DNA of 64,000 nt, from NCBI GenBank assembly GCA_965218295.1, contig CBDCKN010000013.1:128001-192000 (forward strand). Reading direction: 5' to 3'. A program made the translations under genes and the position numbers. This document shows positions 10,310 through 19,486 of the stretch, piece after piece; within the stretch, counting starts at the first letter, position 1; the number at the start of each line of letters is the position of its first letter. The notes beneath the pieces are model-generated. The model was given only the letters and a program-made list of their open reading frames with translations, was not told the DNA's origin and did no database searches. The DNA comes from Longimicrobiales bacterium (GTDB taxonomy: Bacteria; Gemmatimonadota; Gemmatimonadetes; Longimicrobiales; Gaopeijiaceae).

Positions 10310-11732
10310 GATCCACCGCCTTCAAGAGCCCGAGCACCCGGGCGGCAACCTGCTCGACTGAGCCGGCTCCCATGGTCAGCAGGAGATCACCCGGCGCGAG
10401 ATCCGAGGCCACCGCCTCGGCCAGAGTGTCCAGCTCCGCGTGATAGCGCACACCGCCCCCGGCGCGCTCGACGGCGGTCGACACCAGCTCGCCTGTGACG
10501 CCCAGGATGGGTGCCTCCCGAGCCGGGAAGATATCCGTGACCCAGACGACGTCCGCGCCTGCCAGCGCCCGTCCGAAGTCGTCCGCGAAGTCGCGCGTCC
10601 GGCTGAAGAGGTGTGGCTGGAAGACGGCCACCAGCCTGCGACCGGGGTGGGCCTCCCGGGCCGCCTCGAGGGTGGCCGAGATCTCCGACGGGTGGTGTGC
10701 GTAGTCGTCCACCACCAGGATATCACTCTCCCAGCCCACGGTCTCGAAGCGGCGATCCACGCCTTTGTATGCCGCCAGCCCCCTCCGGATATCGTCCCAG
10801 TCCGCCCCGAAGCAGCGGGCCGCGCCGGCCGCGCCCAGGGCGTTCCGCAGATTGTGGACGCCCGGCGCTGCAAGGTCGAAGGTCCCTCGATCGGTACCGT
10901 CTTCCACGATCCGGAACTTCATGCCATTGGAGCGCGCCCTTACGTCCACGGCCCGAAGCTGCGACCCGGCGGCGGTCCCGTAGGTGTAGCCACGGCCGTT
11001 CAACCGAGCCAGGAGTCGGCTCGCGCCGTGGTCGTCTCCGCAGATGATGCCGCGGCCGTCGTGCGGGAGAGCCTCGAGGAACTCACGGAAGGCTCCCATG
11101 ACGCCCTCCATCCCACCGTACGTGTCGAGGTGATCGGCCTCGACGTTGGTCACCACGGCCACCGTGGGCTCCAGCTCGAGGAAGGATCGGTCGTACTCGT
11201 CGGCCTCGACCACGTACAGATCGCCGCCGGAGCGCAGGTTGCCGTCCCAACCGGGAACCCGGCCACCCACGAGGCCCGTGGGATCCAGTCCAGCCTCCGT
11301 GAGGATCTCCGTGGCCATGGCGGTGGTGGACGTCTTCCCGTGGGTACCTGCAATGGCGAGCACCCTGCCGCCGTTTACCCACAGCCCGAGGGCCTCGGCC
11401 CTCTTCAAGACCGGTATTCCGCGGCCGTGGGCCTCTTGGATCTCGGGGTGGTCGGTAGGCACGGCCGCGCTTACCACTAGGGCGCCGGCCCCCTTCAGGT
11501 GCTCGGGCTCATGGCCCTCGTGGATCGTCACGTCCATGGCTCGCAGGCGGTCGGTGCTGGGCCCGGGCTGGAGGTCGCAGCCCGAGACGCGGCCCCCACT
11601 CCGGGCGACGAGCTCCGCCAGAGCGCACATGCCGGCACCCCCGACGCCCATGAAGTGGACGTGTCCCTCACGGGCCAGCTGGCGCAGATCATCTCCGCTC
11701 ACGGAATCGGGCGCTCGGTAGCGGGCCATCAT
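10302..11732 (-). CDS. murC: UDP-N-acetylmuramate--L-alanine ligase
   Basis: HFMGVGGAGMCALA, AGTHGKTSTT, EADEYDRSFL, DDYAHHPSE, FQPHLFSRT. The likely start is ATG 11732 overlapping the murG stop; the longer 783-aa ORF is upstream read-through. Confidence 0.96.
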   Translation of the reverse strand: MMARYRAPDSVSGDDLRQLAREGHVHFMGVGGAGMCALAELVARSGGRVSGCDLQPGPSTDRLRAMDVTIHEGHEPEHLKGAGALVVSAAVPTDHPEIQEAHGRGIPVLKRAEALGLWVNGGRVLAIAGTHGKTSTTAMATEILTEAGLDPTGLVGGRVPGWDGNLRSGGDLYVVEADEYDRSFLELEPTVAVVTNVEADHLDTYGGMEGVMGAFREFLEALPHDGRGIICGDDHGASRLLARLNGRGYTYGTAAGSQLRAVDVRARSNGMKFRIVEDGTDRGTFDLAAPGVHNLRNALGAAGAARCFGADWDDIRRGLAAYKGVDRRFETVGWESDILVVDDYAHHPSEISATLEAAREAHPGRRLVAVFQPHLFSRTRDFADDFGRALAGADVVWVTDIFPAREAPILGVTGELVSTAVERAGGGVRYHAELDTLAEAVASDLAPGDLLLTMGAGSVEQVAARVLGLLKAVDHA

Positions 11733-12919
11733 GCCGTGACCTCCCGACGAGGTCCGGGGAGGAGGCGGATCATCTCGGCGACGATGGCCGTAGCGGCCTC
11801 GGGATGGCTCCGTGCCCGGGCCGCATGGCTCATTCGTTCCAGTCGCTCCTCGTCCCCCGCCAGCTCCTCTACCGCTCGCCACAACGCTTCCGGCGTGAGA
11901 TCCGCCTGACGCAGGTGGACCGCCGCCCCCGACTCCTGCAGGGCCCGGGCGTTCAGCTCCTGGTGGTTGGCGGCGGCGGTGGGAAGAGGAACCAGGATGG
12001 CCGGCACGCCCCATGCCAGAAGCTCGGCCGTGGTCATAGCCCCTGCCCGGCTCACGCACAGATCGGTGACGCTCAGCGCCGAGGGCATGTCCTCGATGTA
12101 TGGCACGGCCCGGACCCGGGCTGCATGCCCCATGGCAGCCAGCGCCTGGTCGACCCCGGCGTAATGTCCGGTGCCGGTAGCCCATAGGAGCTGCCAGCCG
12201 TCGAGGGGAGACCGGGTCCCGCTGGTCATCTGGCGCACGGCGTCCTGGACCAGGTGGTTCAGAGCAACGGATCCCTGGCTGCCTCCCACCACGAGGAGGA
12301 CCTTCAGCTCCGGGTCGAGGCCCAGGCGCTCGCACACGTCCCACCGCTCGGGCCGTCGCTCCGGGAGGGGTTGGATGGGGCACCCGGACACGTGGGCGGC
12401 GTCCTGAGCCCCGGAGGGCAGATGCGCCACAGCCTCCGGGAACGCCAGATGCACCTGGGCTGCCCATCTCGACAGGAAGCGTGTGGTTGCGCCGGGCCGA
12501 GCGTTCTGCTCCTGGAGGACCAAGGGGATGCCGGCCATAGCCGCGGCCATCCCCGCCGGCGCGCCGGCGTATCCGCCCGTCACCACGACAAGCTCCGGCT
12601 CGAGGCGACGAAGCAGGCTGACGGCGACGACGAGAGACCGAGCCAACGCCCACGGTACGCCGAGGTTGGACAGCAACTCACCCCGATGGAGACCACGGAC
12701 CGGGAGGAGATGGTGCTCCAGCCCCCGCTCCGGGAGCACCCGAGCCTCCAGGCCCCTCTGGGCGCCGAGGAAGAACGGCCGAGTGCCCGGCCGCTGCCGG
12801 ACGAGCTCGTCGGCCAGGGCCAGCGCTGGATAGAGGTGCCCACCCGTGCCCCCGCCCGCGAAAACGGCGACGGAGCGCTCATGCACGGGCCCTCCTTCCG
12901 GCGGGTAGGGGCCGCTCAC
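11729..12919 (-). CDS. murG: Lipid II GlcNAc transferase MurG
   Basis: AGGGTGGHLYPALA, TGGYAG, EQNARPG, GGSQGS, SRAGAMT. Start may be GTG 12886. Confidence 0.97.
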   Translation of the reverse strand: MSGPYPPEGGPVHERSVAVFAGGGTGGHLYPALALADELVRQRPGTRPFFLGAQRGLEARVLPERGLEHHLLPVRGLHRGELLSNLGVPWALARSLVVAVSLLRRLEPELVVVTGGYAGAPAGMAAAMAGIPLVLQEQNARPGATTRFLSRWAAQVHLAFPEAVAHLPSGAQDAAHVSGCPIQPLPERRPERWDVCERLGLDPELKVLLVVGGSQGSVALNHLVQDAVRQMTSGTRSPLDGWQLLWATGTGHYAGVDQALAAMGHAARVRAVPYIEDMPSALSVTDLCVSRAGAMTTAELLAWGVPAILVPLPTAAANHQELNARALQESGAAVHLRQADLTPEALWRAVEELAGDEERLERMSHAARARSHPEAATAIVAEMIRLLPGPRREVTA

Positions 12920-14063
12920 AGGCTCGGGAGATGCTCATCAGGATCCCCAGAGCCGCCAGGGTGACCAGAAGGTTCGATCGGCCGTACGAGACCAGAGGCA
13001 GGGCCAAGCCGGTGGGTGGAACCAGACTCAGTCCCACCGACATGTGGAGGATCGCCTGCATGGCGATCATGCTGGTGATTCCCGTGGCGAGAAGCTGGCC
13101 GAAGAGGTCCGGAGCCCTCGCCGCGACGCGGAAACCCACCAGAACCAGAAGCATGTATAGGACCACGGTGACCGTGACCCCGACCAAGCCCCACTCCTCG
13201 CCGATCATGGCGAAGATGAAATCGTTGTGGGCCTCGGGGAGGAAGCCGAGCTTCTGACGTCCCTGGCCGAATCCCACGCCGGCGATTCCTCCGGACCCCA
13301 GGGCTACGAGCGACTGGTGCACCTGGAAGCCGGCGCCGGCCGGCGCCGCCGAAGGGTCGAGGAAGGCCATGATCCGCTCGACCCGAAACGATACGGCAAG
13401 CTGCCTCCAAAGCAGCGGTGCCGCGAGCAGTGCGAAGAAAGCGAAGTGGGCCACCCGTGCCCCGGCGGCGTACACCACCACACACCCTAGGAGCCCGATC
13501 AGCAACGCTGTCGAGAGATCGGGCTCGAGGGCGATGGGCAGCATGATGGCTCCCCAGACCGCGAGGAAGGGGACCAGGCCTCGCTTGAGGCTCCGGAAGT
13601 GCTCCTGCTTGCGCACCGCCAGCGAGGCTGTCCAAACGATGACCGCCACCTTGGCGAGCTCGGAGGGCTGGATGGTCACACCGACCCGTAGCCAACGACG
13701 GGCTCCGTTGATCTCGGGAGCGATCGCTTCCGTACCGGGAAGCACGAGGACGAGAAGCAGAAGCCAGACCGCGGCGATCATGGGCCACGCCATGCGCTGC
13801 CAGAGATCGTGGGGGAGCCAGGCACAGAGGCCCAGGGCGCTCAAGCCCATGGCCGCGCCCGTGGCCTGCCGCAGCACGTAGTAGTAGTCAGGCAAGGTCT
13901 GACGCTGGGCGAGAAACGCGCTGGCCGAGTACAGCGTGACCAGGCCCAGCGACAGGAGGACGACCGTGAGGGTCATGAGAGCGGCGGCCTCCCACCCCCT
14001 CCCCAGCCCCGTGATAGGCAGGGCAAGGGGCCCGGACGGAGCGACGTCGACGGGGCGGGCCAT
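12879..14063 (-). CDS. ftsW: SEDS peptidoglycan polymerase FtsW
   Basis: INGARRW, QPSELAK, EPDLST, LPEAHNDFIFAMIGEEWG, LPLVSYG. Confidence 0.96.
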   Translation of the reverse strand: MARPVDVAPSGPLALPITGLGRGWEAAALMTLTVVLLSLGLVTLYSASAFLAQRQTLPDYYYVLRQATGAAMGLSALGLCAWLPHDLWQRMAWPMIAAVWLLLLVLVLPGTEAIAPEINGARRWLRVGVTIQPSELAKVAVIVWTASLAVRKQEHFRSLKRGLVPFLAVWGAIMLPIALEPDLSTALLIGLLGCVVVYAAGARVAHFAFFALLAAPLLWRQLAVSFRVERIMAFLDPSAAPAGAGFQVHQSLVALGSGGIAGVGFGQGRQKLGFLPEAHNDFIFAMIGEEWGLVGVTVTVVLYMLLVLVGFRVAARAPDLFGQLLATGITSMIAMQAILHMSVGLSLVPPTGLALPLVSYGRSNLLVTLAALGILMSISRACERPLPAGRRARA

Positions 14064-15463
14064 CAGCCGGTCTCCTCGGTCGCAAGGGCCCGAGCCAACT
14101 CGGCGAACCGGTCACCACGCTCTTCGTAGCTCTCGAACATGTCGAAGCTCGAACAGGCCGGAGAGAGGAGCACGACGTCGCCCGGCCGCGCCGCGCCGGC
14201 GGCGGCCTCGACCACGGCGTCGAAGCCGATGCCGATCAGCTCGACTTGCACACGCTCCGCGAGGGCCCGCCGGATCCGGGGACCGGCTTCGCCATACGCG
14301 AAGACGCGGGCGTCGGCCTCCACGAGAGCCGACACGAGAGGAGAGAAGTCCTCGTCCTTGTCCTTGCCACCCAACAGGACGATGAGGGGACCCTCCAAGC
14401 TGGTGATCGCCCTCCGGGCCGCGGCCACGTTGGTGGCCTTGGAATCGTTGACCCACCGGATCCCCTTCCCTTCCGCCACCTGTTCCGTCCGGTGGGGTAG
14501 GGGTCGGGCGGTGGCCAAGCCGCGCTGAATGGCCGCCGTAGAGGCCCGGGCCAGGCTGGCGACGGTGGCCGCCGCCAATGCGTTCTCCACATTGTGGGCG
14601 CCCAGCAGTCCGAGGCGAGCGACCGGGATCAGGGGCTCCCTTTCGCCGGGCACCATTTCCAGAGTGAGGTCGTCCCCATCGAGATAGGCCCCACGGACGC
14701 CGGTCTTCTCGGTGCTGAAGTGGTAGCGCTCCCCGGGGGCGCCGGCGGCCAGATCGAGAACGGCCGGGTCGTCGTCGTTGAGGACCCACCGGCTCTCCTC
14801 ATCGGCGTTCCGGAAGAGGTTGACCTTGTCCGCGTAGTACTCCTCCACGGACGCGTACCGGTCCAGGTGGTCCGGAGCCAGGTTGGTCACCACGCCGATG
14901 TCGGGGCGGAGTCGATCGATACCCGCGAGCTGGAACGAGCTCATCTCCACCACGTACCACGCCGGGCCACGGTCGCGAAGCGCCAGCTCCGAGGCCGCAG
15001 GTCCGAACGCCTGGCCGATGTTGCCGCCCAGGGCCACGTCCTGCCCATCACTCTCGAGCAGGTGCGCCACCAGAGCCGCGGTCGTGGTCTTGCCGTTCGT
15101 TCCAGTCACGACGATCAGTGGACCATCGAAGAACCGAAAGGCGAATTCAGGCTCAGAGATCCATCGTACGCCCCGCTCAGTGAGCTCTCTGAGCACCGGA
15201 GCATCCGGGGGGATTCCAGGACTGACCACCACGGTCTCTGCCATGGCGATTCGATCCATGGGGTGCTCCCCGAGATCGACCTCGACCCCGAGTGCTCGGA
15301 GCTCGTCTCCACGAGCATGAGCTGCGGCGTCGCTGCGCAAATCCGAGACATGGACACTACCTCCTCGTTCGAGTGCCAAACGGGCCGCCGCCCACCCGGA
15401 CGCGGCCAAACCGACCACGGCGATCCGCTCGCCGTCCAAGCTTCCAACGCTTCCCTTCCTCAC
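14063..15463 (-). CDS. murD: UDP-MurNAc-L-Ala--D-glutamate ligase
   Basis: VSPGIP, VTGTNGKTTT, GGNIG, EMSSFQL, PDHLDRY, NDSKATN, LSPACSSFDMF. GTG start at 15463 overlaps the mraY stop. Confidence 0.96.
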   Translation of the reverse strand: MRKGSVGSLDGERIAVVGLAASGWAAARLALERGGSVHVSDLRSDAAAHARGDELRALGVEVDLGEHPMDRIAMAETVVVSPGIPPDAPVLRELTERGVRWISEPEFAFRFFDGPLIVVTGTNGKTTTAALVAHLLESDGQDVALGGNIGQAFGPAASELALRDRGPAWYVVEMSSFQLAGIDRLRPDIGVVTNLAPDHLDRYASVEEYYADKVNLFRNADEESRWVLNDDDPAVLDLAAGAPGERYHFSTEKTGVRGAYLDGDDLTLEMVPGEREPLIPVARLGLLGAHNVENALAAATVASLARASTAAIQRGLATARPLPHRTEQVAEGKGIRWVNDSKATNVAAARRAITSLEGPLIVLLGGKDKDEDFSPLVSALVEADARVFAYGEAGPRIRRALAERVQVELIGIGFDAVVEAAAGAARPGDVVLLSPACSSFDMFESYEERGDRFAELARALATEETG

Positions 15464-16566
15464 CGAATCTTGAGGGCGCTGAACGCCACCATCGCGGACA
15501 GGATTCCCATGATCCAAAACCGGACGACCACCTTGCTCTCGGGCCAACCCAACTGCTCGAAGTGGTGATGTAGCGGAGCCATCCTGAAGAGCCGCTTCCC
15601 CTTCCCGTACTTGCGGGCCGTGTGCCGGAAGTAGCCGACCTGGAGCATCACCGAGAGAACCTCCACCACGAACACCGCGCCCACGATGACGAGGAGGAAC
15701 TCGGCCTTGAGCAGAATCGCCATGGCGCCGATGACCCCCCCCAGCGCCAGCGAGCCCGTATCGCCCATGAAGACCTCGGCGGGGTGGCCATTGAACCACA
15801 GAAAGCCCAGGCATCCCCCCGTGAGACCGAGGGCCAGGATGGTGAGCTCCCCCGCCCCGGGGAGGTAGAACAGCCCCAGGTACTCCGAGCTGTCGACTCG
15901 GCCCAGGAGGTAGGCGAAGATCCCGAAGGTGGCCGCGGCGATGGCGGTGAGGCCTGCCGCGAGGCCGTCGAGGCCGTCGGTGATGTTCACCGCGTTGGAG
16001 CTCCCCGAGATGACGAACGCCACGAAGGGCACATAGGCCCACGGAGCGAAGAGGAGCGAGAGATCCGAGAAGAACGGCAGCATCGTCCGGTTCGGATCCA
16101 CCGGGGAGATCGGATGCAACAGCAGAAACAGTCCCAGGCCGAGCCCGAAGGCCCACTGGCCCGTCATCTTGTAGCGGGCCACGAGGCCCGCGGTGCGCCC
16201 CTGGACGACCTTGAGGTAGTCGTCCATGAAGCCGATGGCGCCCATGGCCAGCAGCGTCAAGAGGGCCAGGATCGTGTACCAGTTCGTCAGCTCCGCCCAG
16301 AGCAGCGTGGACACGGCCGTAGACGCGAGGATCAACACGCCGCCCATCGTAGGCGTGCCGGCCTTCCCCAGGTGGGTCGCCGGCCCCTCGCTCCGCACGA
16401 CCTGGCCGAACCGGAGCCGTGTGAGCGCCCGAATGGTCATGGGCCCCAGCACGAACGCGAGCATCAGGGACGTGACCAGGGCGCCCGCCGCCCTGAACGT
16501 GATGAAGCGAAAGAGGTTAAAGACGATGTGGACGTCTGCCAGGCCGGGAAGCAGATGATAGAGCAT
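15460..16566 (-). CDS. mraY: Phospho-MurNAc-pentapeptide transferase
   Basis: KAGTPTMGG, GFMDDYLK, NAVNITDGLDGL, FMGDTGSLALG, MAPLHHHFE. Confidence 0.98.
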   Translation of the reverse strand: MLYHLLPGLADVHIVFNLFRFITFRAAGALVTSLMLAFVLGPMTIRALTRLRFGQVVRSEGPATHLGKAGTPTMGGVLILASTAVSTLLWAELTNWYTILALLTLLAMGAIGFMDDYLKVVQGRTAGLVARYKMTGQWAFGLGLGLFLLLHPISPVDPNRTMLPFFSDLSLLFAPWAYVPFVAFVISGSSNAVNITDGLDGLAAGLTAIAAATFGIFAYLLGRVDSSEYLGLFYLPGAGELTILALGLTGGCLGFLWFNGHPAEVFMGDTGSLALGGVIGAMAILLKAEFLLVIVGAVFVVEVLSVMLQVGYFRHTARKYGKGKRLFRMAPLHHHFEQLGWPESKVVVRFWIMGILSAMVAFSALKIR

Positions 16567-18005
16567 CAGGCCTCCACCCCGCCGGGCACCGCTGCGGCTC
16601 CCCCGAAGTCCCTCTCGAACTCCGGGATCACCCGCTCCAGAGCGAACCCCCTCGACGCCTTGATCAGCACCACTTCGTCACCGCCGAGGCGACCCTTGAG
16701 CGCCTGGTACGCTTCCAGTGGATCGGCGATCGCGATGGGCTCGGGTCCGGTTGTGCCGGCGGCCATCCGATCCACGGCACGTGCGAAATCGCCGGTTGCC
16801 ACGACGAGATCGAGCCCTATGGTCGCGGCCTCTGCAAGGAGAGCCGCGTGCAGCTCGTCGCTCCGGCTCCCCAGCTCAAGCATGCTCCCCAGGAACGCCA
16901 CCTTAGGGCGCCCGGGCTCGATGGCCACGAGCAGATCCAAAGCGGCCCGCGTGCTCTGTGGATTCGCGTTGTAGCAGTCCAGCAGCAGGGTCAGCCCATC
17001 CAGGTGCCGGATCTCGCCCCGCAAGGAGCTCACTTTCAGGGAGCTGACGCCCCGGGCCGCCTCGGCTGCCGGCACCTCCAGCATGTCCGCCACGGTCAGG
17101 GCGAGAAGGGCGTTCATCACCGAATGGCGACCGGGCACCCGCAGCCGCACGGGCTCGCCGTGCCACAGGAAGCTCCAGTTGCCCTGATCGTCCATGGTCG
17201 CGTCGTTCGGCTGGAGCTCGGCGTCGGCCCCCTCGCTCCATCCGGCCACCTTGACCTGCGGGCGGATCCGCCGCGCTTCCTCGGGCAGGATCGGCGGCTC
17301 GTCACCCACCACCGCCCTCCCGTCCTTCGGAAGCCCGCGGAGCAGGTCGAGCTTCTCCATGAGCACGCCCTCAAGAGACTCCAGCTTCTCGATGTGCGTT
17401 TCCGAGACGGTGGTGACGACGCCGATCTCGGGTCCAGCGATCTCGGTGAGGGTGCGGATCTCCCCTGGCTCGTTCGTGCCCATCTCCAGAACCACCACCT
17501 CGGCGTCGTCGGGCGCGTCGAGCAGCATGAGTGGCAAGCCCACCCGGTTGTTGAGGTTCCCACGGGTGGCGTGGAGCCTACGCGACCCCTCGAGGGCGGC
17601 CCGCGTGAGGTCCTTGGTGCCCGTCTTTCCCGACGACCCGGTGATGCCGACAACGGCGGCCCTCAGGTGCGTGCGGCGGTAGCCGGCCAGCCGGCCCAGC
17701 GCATGAACGGTGTCGTCCACCGGATAGAGTCGGGGGTTGCCTCCCACCTCGACGTCCCGAGACACAACCGCACCGCGTGCGCCCCGCTCCAGGGCCGCGA
17801 TCACGTAGTCGTGACCGTCGAAGTTGTCGCCCTCCAGGGCGACGAAGAGGTCTCCCTCGCGAGCCGTGCGGCTATCCGTGGAGACTCCTCCAAAACGAAG
17901 GGTGCCGTCTGCATCGGACGTGAGGCCCTGGGCGGCGCCGTCGACGGGTGTCAGACCCAGTGCGGCTCTGACGTGCCCATCCGTCCACGCGAAGCCCCCC
18001 GTCAT
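16566..18005 (-). CDS. murF: UDP-MurNAc-tripeptide--D-Ala-D-Ala ligase
   Basis: GITGSSGKTGTK, NLNNRVGLP, LEMGTNEPGEI, DCYNANPQS, MLELG, KASRG. Confidence 0.96.
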   Translation of the reverse strand: MTGGFAWTDGHVRAALGLTPVDGAAQGLTSDADGTLRFGGVSTDSRTAREGDLFVALEGDNFDGHDYVIAALERGARGAVVSRDVEVGGNPRLYPVDDTVHALGRLAGYRRTHLRAAVVGITGSSGKTGTKDLTRAALEGSRRLHATRGNLNNRVGLPLMLLDAPDDAEVVVLEMGTNEPGEIRTLTEIAGPEIGVVTTVSETHIEKLESLEGVLMEKLDLLRGLPKDGRAVVGDEPPILPEEARRIRPQVKVAGWSEGADAELQPNDATMDDQGNWSFLWHGEPVRLRVPGRHSVMNALLALTVADMLEVPAAEAARGVSSLKVSSLRGEIRHLDGLTLLLDCYNANPQSTRAALDLLVAIEPGRPKVAFLGSMLELGSRSDELHAALLAEAATIGLDLVVATGDFARAVDRMAAGTTGPEPIAIADPLEAYQALKGRLGGDEVVLIKASRGFALERVIPEFERDFGGAAAVPGGVEA

Positions 18006-19486
18006 GCCGCACCTCCGAGCTCGGACAGGCTCTCCTGAACGATTCGACGCTCATCGAAGGGGCGACTCTCCGTGCCGATGACCTGGTAGCTCTCGTGGCC
18101 TTTGCCGGCGAGAAGGACCAGGTCTCCGGCGCGCGCCGCAGCAAGAGCCATTCTGATGGCCTCGCGGCGGTCCGCGTGGCGCTCATGGCGGGAACCCGCC
18201 ATTCCGGTGACCACGTCGTCGATGATGGACTCGGGGTCTTCGGTCCTCGGATTGTCGGACGTCACTACGGCCAGATCGGCGCCCTGGGCTACCGCAGCAC
18301 CCATCTTCGGCCGCTTGCCCCGATCTCGATCGCCGCCGGCCCCGAAGACCACGATGATCCGTCCGGACGTCAGGGGCCTGAGAGTGGCCAGAACGCTGTG
18401 CAGCGCCTCGGCCGTGTGAGCAAAGTCGATGAGGATGGAGAACGGGTCGCGGGCTACGATCTCGAGGCGGCCCGGTACCTGCGGGACGCTTTCGAGTCGT
18501 GCGGCGATTGCCTTCACTCCCATCCCCGCCGCCGTCCCCGCCCCCGCGGCGGCCAACGAGTTCTCGACGTTGAAGCGCCCGAGAAGCGGGAGGTTCACCT
18601 CCGCGCCCTCGTCGGCCAGAGCAATGCGGAACCGCGTCCCGTGTGGCTCGGGCGCGAGGGCCTCGGCCCTCAGGTCCGCGGGGGAATCCACGCCGTAGGT
18701 CAACGTGCGACGCCCCTCCAAGGGCAGCGACCGCCAGTGGTCGGCGTCGGCGTTAACGACCGTCAGCCCGTCCTCCTTCATCAGATCCAGAAGGAGGGAT
18801 TTGGCGCCCAGATAGCTCGCCATGTCCGGGTGATAGTCCAGGTGATCCTGGGAGAGGTTGGTGAACACGGCAGCGTCGAAGCGCATTCCGGCGAGCCTCT
18901 TCTGCTCCAGGGCATGGGATGACGCCTCGACGGCAACGGAGTCGACACCCTCTTCCACCAGCCCACCGAGCCATTGGGACAGCTGAACCGGTCCCGGGGT
19001 GGTGAGCCCCTCTGTGCCGGCCCGGACGGCACCGTCGGCCTCTACCAACCCGAGCGTTCCGATGGCGACGGCCGGCCCCGAGTCCTCCAGGAGATGTCGC
19101 GTGATGAGCGCCGTTGTGGTCTTCCCGTTCGTTCCGGTGATCCCGACCGTGAACAGATCTTGCCAGGGGGATCCGAGGATCGTGTCGGCAGCCAGGGCGG
19201 CCGCGCGCCGTCCATCCGACACCTGCAGCTGGGGGATCCCGGCCTCCGGCACGTGGCGCTCGACTACCGCGGCTACAGCTCCGGCCCGGGCGGCAGGAGC
19301 GACGAAGTCGTGAGCGTCCCACTCGGATCCGCGCCATGCGAGGAACAGGTCCCCCGCCTTCACGGACCGTGAGTCTTGGGTAACTCCCGAAACGGCCACG
19401 TCCTCCTGACCGTGGAGCTCGTCTACGAGGCCCGCAGTCCGGAGGACTCTCGCTACCGAAACGAGGGAGGTAGGAGCGTTAGCCAT
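18002..19486 (-). CDS. murE: UDP-MurNAc-dipeptide--meso-DAP ligase
   Basis: GITGTNGKTTT, EASSHAL, DHLDYH, DFAHT, SDNPR (DAP-specific motif), AGKGHE. Confidence 0.97.
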   Translation of the reverse strand: MANAPTSLVSVARVLRTAGLVDELHGQEDVAVSGVTQDSRSVKAGDLFLAWRGSEWDAHDFVAPAARAGAVAAVVERHVPEAGIPQLQVSDGRRAAALAADTILGSPWQDLFTVGITGTNGKTTTALITRHLLEDSGPAVAIGTLGLVEADGAVRAGTEGLTTPGPVQLSQWLGGLVEEGVDSVAVEASSHALEQKRLAGMRFDAAVFTNLSQDHLDYHPDMASYLGAKSLLLDLMKEDGLTVVNADADHWRSLPLEGRRTLTYGVDSPADLRAEALAPEPHGTRFRIALADEGAEVNLPLLGRFNVENSLAAAGAGTAAGMGVKAIAARLESVPQVPGRLEIVARDPFSILIDFAHTAEALHSVLATLRPLTSGRIIVVFGAGGDRDRGKRPKMGAAVAQGADLAVVTSDNPRTEDPESIIDDVVTGMAGSRHERHADRREAIRMALAAARAGDLVLLAGKGHESYQVIGTESRPFDERRIVQESLSELGGAA